Shown piece after piece: positions 57,896 to 61,433 of a DNA stretch of 61,433 bases (positions are counted from its first letter, which is position 1; the number at the start of each line of letters is the position of its first letter). Position numbers and translations under genes: made by a program. Under the pieces are notes generated by a model, which saw only the letters and a list, made by a program, of their open reading frames with translations, was not told where the DNA came from and did no database searches. Location: contig JBDRRP010000068.1 of assembly GCA_043825735.1 (NCBI GenBank), forward strand, positions 124,001 to 185,433, written 5' to 3'. The DNA comes from Pseudomonadota bacterium. GTDB lineage: Bacteria > Desulfobacterota > Desulfobacteria > Desulfobacterales > JBDRRP01.

Positions 57896-58672
57896 TCACT
57901 GGCGCAATAGAAAACCCGTTTGGTATGTTGTATTATAGACGGCCAGCCGCAATTCATGGCCGAACCAGTAAAACAGCGTGGCATCGAACCGGCACCGGCG
58001 GGATTCAAATAGGGCTTTTTCAGTGGCGGGGGCACCTTCGAGCCGCACCTGAATGTCCTCAATGCCCGAAATCGACCAAGCGGAAAGAAAGCCGATGGTA
58101 TCGGCAATCTTTTCCATGCGCATCCGGGCATGGTCCAGGTACCAGCTGCGAATCCGTTCGGAGGTCTCAAGGCGTTGGAAGAGGCTGGGGATGAGGGCCG
58201 GCGAGACCGTATGCACCAGGCTGTTCATGGCGGCTTCGTGGCTTCGTTCCCGCTGTCCCATTCCCGCCATCCCCAGCTGGTCGGTGAGCCTGCCGTGGCG
58301 CGTCTTTGTTATCGGAGTCAGCGCGCCCCGGCGGTAGACATGGATTTTTCGGGGATTGACAAGTAAATCTCCGGCCAGGGTGAAGGCACCGTGATCGGCG
58401 TAGTGTCCGGCACAGATGAGCGCCATTTCCATCAATCGTGCCAGGATCAACCAGTACGACCGGGCTTCCGGTGCACCGCTCCGCTCCAGCGCTTCCAACC
58501 AATCGCTGAGGCGGGTTTCGGTGATCCCCTGGGGAGGAAGCGTCTGATCCAGTTGGCGATTTAACAAATACAGCGGGTCGTTTTGTTGTGTGTCGGTCCC
58601 GGGAATCGGACACGGGGGGCTGTCGCAGGTTTTTCCGGCGTTTGGCAAGCATGCAGCAGTTGAGAGCAGCAT
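57896..58672 (-). CDS. Hypothetical protein
   Basis: 258-aa ORF upstream of TupA-like gene; no recognised motif. Confidence 0.6.
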   Translation of the reverse strand: MLLSTAACLPNAGKTCDSPPCPIPGTDTQQNDPLYLLNRQLDQTLPPQGITETRLSDWLEALERSGAPEARSYWLILARLMEMALICAGHYADHGAFTLAGDLLVNPRKIHVYRRGALTPITKTRHGRLTDQLGMAGMGQRERSHEAAMNSLVHTVSPALIPSLFQRLETSERIRSWYLDHARMRMEKIADTIGFLSAWSISGIEDIQVRLEGAPATEKALFESRRCRFDATLFYWFGHELRLAVYNTTYQTGFLLRQ

Positions 58673-58973
58673 CGGAGTCCCTTTCGGCGTATCCGTGTCG
58701 TTAATCCGAAGCGCAGATCGGACAGGGAGGCATATACTAAAAAGCTGTGTTTTGTGTCAATATTGATATAGCCTATTTTTGCCGTATTTGGTCTGTATTA
58801 AAGCTTTCATTTCATATCTGCGAAAACAAACTACCAAAAACATCTAAAACAAACATTTATTCGATTTTTCAGCGCCCTCCATATTCGAGCAGAAACGGTG
58901 TCGCAGGTTGAGGACCGGTGCGAAATCGTGCTATCGAGCGACCGATAGTCATTTTGGCATTGGGAGACGTGTC

Positions 58974-59315
58974 ATGGAGACGCCAGCCAGCAGTTTTACC
59001 ATTCGATCGAAAATCTGGATCGCCGACGGCAGCGGAAGCGTGGTTTTCGGTCTGGGGCGCTACCGGATTCTTGAAGCGGTGCGGGAGGCCGGCTCGCTCA
59101 ATGCGGCGGCCAAGCTTCTGAAGATGAGCTATCGGGCAGTGTGGATGCGGGTGCGTACGTCGGAGGCCCGCATTGGCAGGCCGTTGGTCATTCGGCAGGG
59201 AAAAGGCTCCTGCCTCACCCCCTTTGCCGAAGCGCTGATGACCCAGTTCGCCGATTTGCTCCGCAGCGTCCAGCGGGAATCCGACCGGGTATACCAAAAC
59301 CTTAATTGGGACTAG
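58974..59315 (+). CDS. ModE N-terminal-like winged-helix regulator (no TOBE domains)
   Basis: IRSKIWI..VFGLGR..GSLNAAAK.LKMSYRAVW..GS.LT. Confidence 0.85.
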   Translation: METPASSFTIRSKIWIADGSGSVVFGLGRYRILEAVREAGSLNAAAKLLKMSYRAVWMRVRTSEARIGRPLVIRQGKGSCLTPFAEALMTQFADLLRSVQRESDRVYQNLNWD

Positions 59316-59395
59316 CGTTTTGGGGCCGTTGCCGTACATTGCAGTCGAAAGTGTTACTGAAAATACAATCAAACCAAACCTCAGGAGGTTCACAC

Positions 59396-59677
59396 ATGGC
59401 AAGAGCGCGCGCCCGTCACATTCTGGTAGACAGCAAGGAAAAATGCGAAGCCCTGAAAAGCGAAATCGAGGCGGGAGCCGATTTTGCCCAAGTGGCAAAG
59501 AAGAATTCCACCTGCCCGTCCGGGCAGCGCGGCGGCGATCTGGGCGAGTTCGGTCGTGGCCAGATGGTGCCGGAATTCGACCAGGTGGTGTTCAGCGGTG
59601 AGTTGAATACCGTCCACGGCCCGGTTAAGACGCAGTTCGGCTATCACCTGCTGGAAATAACCAGCCGCAGAGATTAA
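59396..59677 (+). CDS. ppiC: Parvulin peptidyl-prolyl isomerase
   Basis: ARHILV, STCPSG.RGGDLGEF..GQMVPEFD, PVKTQFGYHL. Confidence 0.95.
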   Translation: MARARARHILVDSKEKCEALKSEIEAGADFAQVAKKNSTCPSGQRGGDLGEFGRGQMVPEFDQVVFSGELNTVHGPVKTQFGYHLLEITSRRD

Positions 59678-59679
59678 AA

Positions 59680-59713
59680 AATGGTGGGCTTAAATAGCCC
59701 GCCATTCATTTTT
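59680..59713 (+). terminator. Intrinsic terminator
   Basis: aatggtgggct-taaat-agcccgccatt then T tract. Confidence 0.7.
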
Positions 59714-59778
59714 GGCACGGCCGGGCGGCTGCTGAAGCGGAGATTCTCACAAAGGGATTGTCTTCGGGGGAGAGTGCC

Positions 59779-60465
59779 ATGGAAGATACCGGAAAACATC
59801 TGCTCATTGCTGACGATGACCGGATTTTGCGAAAGCGGGTGGTCCATGCGTTGGCCAAAAAGAATGACCGGTTTGTGATCCACGAGGCCGAAGACGGCCA
59901 GCAGGCCATCGGTTTATTGAAGAGCGCCCCCATCGAACTGGTCATCACCGACATCAACATGCCGAAGGTGAGCGGCCTCATGGTGCTGGCCTACCTCAAC
60001 GCTTTTCTACCGGATGTCCCGTGTTTTGTCATGACTGCCTACGGCACCTCCCGGCTGCGCGCCAAAATGCCTGCCGACCTGCTGCGTTTTTACCAGAAGC
60101 CGGTGGACGCCGACGACATGGCCAGCGCCGTGGTTGTCGCCTTGAGCCGCGGACACAAGCAGGCCGGGTGCGGGGGCATGACCCTGATTCATTTTCTCCA
60201 GCTCATCGAGGCTGAAAAACTCACCGCCACGGTGACCGTTGAAAACCCGCCGGGTCCACCCACCCGGATATTCATCAGCGACAATATGATCCTTGATGCC
60301 GTCGCAGGGACCCGGCGCGGCGAGGTTGTCGCCATGGAAGCAGTCTCCCTGGAAAATCCCACCTACTGCATCGATCACAGTGTGCCCGACACGGTCTTCC
60401 GACGCTTCACCCTTTCCCTTTCTGAGTTGATTCGAACCGCTACCGACTGTTTTGACAATCGATGA
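59779..60465 (+). CDS. Response regulator with C-terminal DUF4388-like domain
   Basis: LIADDD, ITDINMP, MTAYG, YQKP; GMTLIHFLQLIEAEKLT. Confidence 0.82.
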   Translation: MEDTGKHLLIADDDRILRKRVVHALAKKNDRFVIHEAEDGQQAIGLLKSAPIELVITDINMPKVSGLMVLAYLNAFLPDVPCFVMTAYGTSRLRAKMPADLLRFYQKPVDADDMASAVVVALSRGHKQAGCGGMTLIHFLQLIEAEKLTATVTVENPPGPPTRIFISDNMILDAVAGTRRGEVVAMEAVSLENPTYCIDHSVPDTVFRRFTLSLSELIRTATDCFDNR

Positions 60466-60489
60466 GTGCCCTGCGGGGTTCAATTCCGT

Positions 60490-60535
60490 TCGCAATGCCG
60501 GGTCGGCGGCGTTGACCCGCCGCCCGGAATTGCGA
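60490..60535. terminator. Hairpin between convergent genes
   Basis: tcgcaatgccgggtcggcgg / ccgccgcccggaattgcga. Confidence 0.6.
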
Positions 60536-60557
60536 CTGGGCTGTCCGTTGCGCCGCC

Positions 60558-61433
60558 CTATCCGATGATCGGGTCCATGGACAGGGCCGGATGGCCTTTT
60601 TCCTGGAGGAAGGGCATGATCTCCTCCTCGGTGATGCCCACGGTCTCGTCGGCGATCATGTCGTAGAGACCCGGCACGCCGAGCTCTGCACCGCGTTTTT
60701 CGATGCGCTCCTTGATCTCTTCCTTCAGGCTCTTGGGCATCCAGACCATGCGCAGCAGCCCGCCGTCGCCCAGGATGAACTTACGCTGGGTGATGTTGAA
60801 CTTGGAGTGGCCCACGAACCCCGGCGAGCTCGCCCCGCCGCCCATCACACCGGCCAGCGTGGTAAACTTCATCCCGCAGGGGGTCTCACCCGTGTAATCG
60901 CGGTGAACGGTCATCACCCCGTTGCAGCTCGGCAGCATCGCCGCGATCGCTTCGCAGCAGCCGCAGGTCGTCATCGGCTCGTGCACCATGGAGTAAAAGT
61001 TGTAGCTTGAAATGGCGCCGCGCGAGGCCTTGGCGATGAACGCGTTGACCCCGGCAAAGGTGCCCAGCTTCGGATCCAGGCACTCGCCCTTCTCGATGGG
61101 CTGGTTGGGGCCGGTGGGGTTGATCTCAAAGGAGGCCTTGCAGTCCATCCAGTTGTAGGCGCCGCAAAGACCCGTGCGCTCCGGGCTCACCGAGCACACG
61201 TGCGTCGGGGCAAAGCTCTGGCACAGCGTGCAGCTGTAGAAGATTTCCACGTCCTCATCGGTCATCTTCTCAACGCGCTCGTCGCGGAACTTGTACTCGG
61301 CGCGTGCCGTCTTGGTCAGCGCATCCACCTTCTTTTTGTCGGTAATCAAGGTGACCTGCACCTTGTCCAGGATCGAACCAAAATCCTGGTGGAACTTGGC
61401 GTGCAGCACCACCCCGATGTCTTTTAACGTGAA
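60558..61433 (-). CDS. acsB: Acetyl-CoA synthase (CODH/ACS), 5'-truncated by window edge
   Basis: FYSCTLCQSFAPTHVC, RTGLCGAYNW, PMTTCGCCE A-cluster motifs. Confidence 0.95.
   Translation of the reverse strand, partial: FTLKDIGVVLHAKFHQDFGSILDKVQVTLITDKKKVDALTKTARAEYKFRDERVEKMTDEDVEIFYSCTLCQSFAPTHVCSVSPERTGLCGAYNWMDCKASFEINPTGPNQPIEKGECLDPKLGTFAGVNAFIAKASRGAISSYNFYSMVHEPMTTCGCCEAIAAMLPSCNGVMTVHRDYTGETPCGMKFTTLAGVMGGGASSPGFVGHSKFNITQRKFILGDGGLLRMVWMPKSLKEEIKERIEKRGAELGVPGLYDMIADETVGITEEEIMPFLQEKGHPALSMDPIIG

Noticed and set aside
58673..58973. ModE operator in the divergent intergenic region
   Set aside because: AT-rich, but no match to the CGnTATATA-N-TATATAnCG pattern

Overview
Window from a GC-rich anaerobic deltaproteobacterium. 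The gene set (class II benzoyl-CoA reductase, Hdr/Mvh selenoproteins, acetyl-CoA synthase) suggests a completely oxidising Desulfobacterales-type sulfate reducer; this is inference. 1-13.7 kb is an anaerobic benzoyl-CoA degradation region: bamA, thiolase plus DUF35, and bamBC, converging on a lower-GC hdrA-mvhD-hdrC-hdrB module whose hdrA and mvhD each read through an in-frame TGA (selenocysteine) that the ORF track splits. Four promoters in this region share an 11-bp-period TAGCTA repeat and sit next to a DUF2080 (AbrB-like) plus GNAT pair, a candidate undescribed regulon. 14-37 kb is mixed accessory genes, including two hybrid kinases and two type II toxin-antitoxin pairs, with dense intergenic triple-nonamer repeats, some arranged in modular arrays. 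38.1-44.3 kb is a strongly AT-rich island bracketed by a duplicated acyltransferase locus. It encodes TIR, Nmad2-like, unknown, DUF2284, HD-hydrolase and radical SAM/SPASM proteins and is the best candidate for an undescribed nucleotide-based defence system. The rest holds regulators, a PAS-FapA fusion, a Cpx-like module, TupA-like and ModE-like genes, ppiC and the 3' part of acsB. I recognised no rRNA, tRNA, CRISPR array, integrase or transposase. Family assignments come from motif recognition by eye, not database searches.
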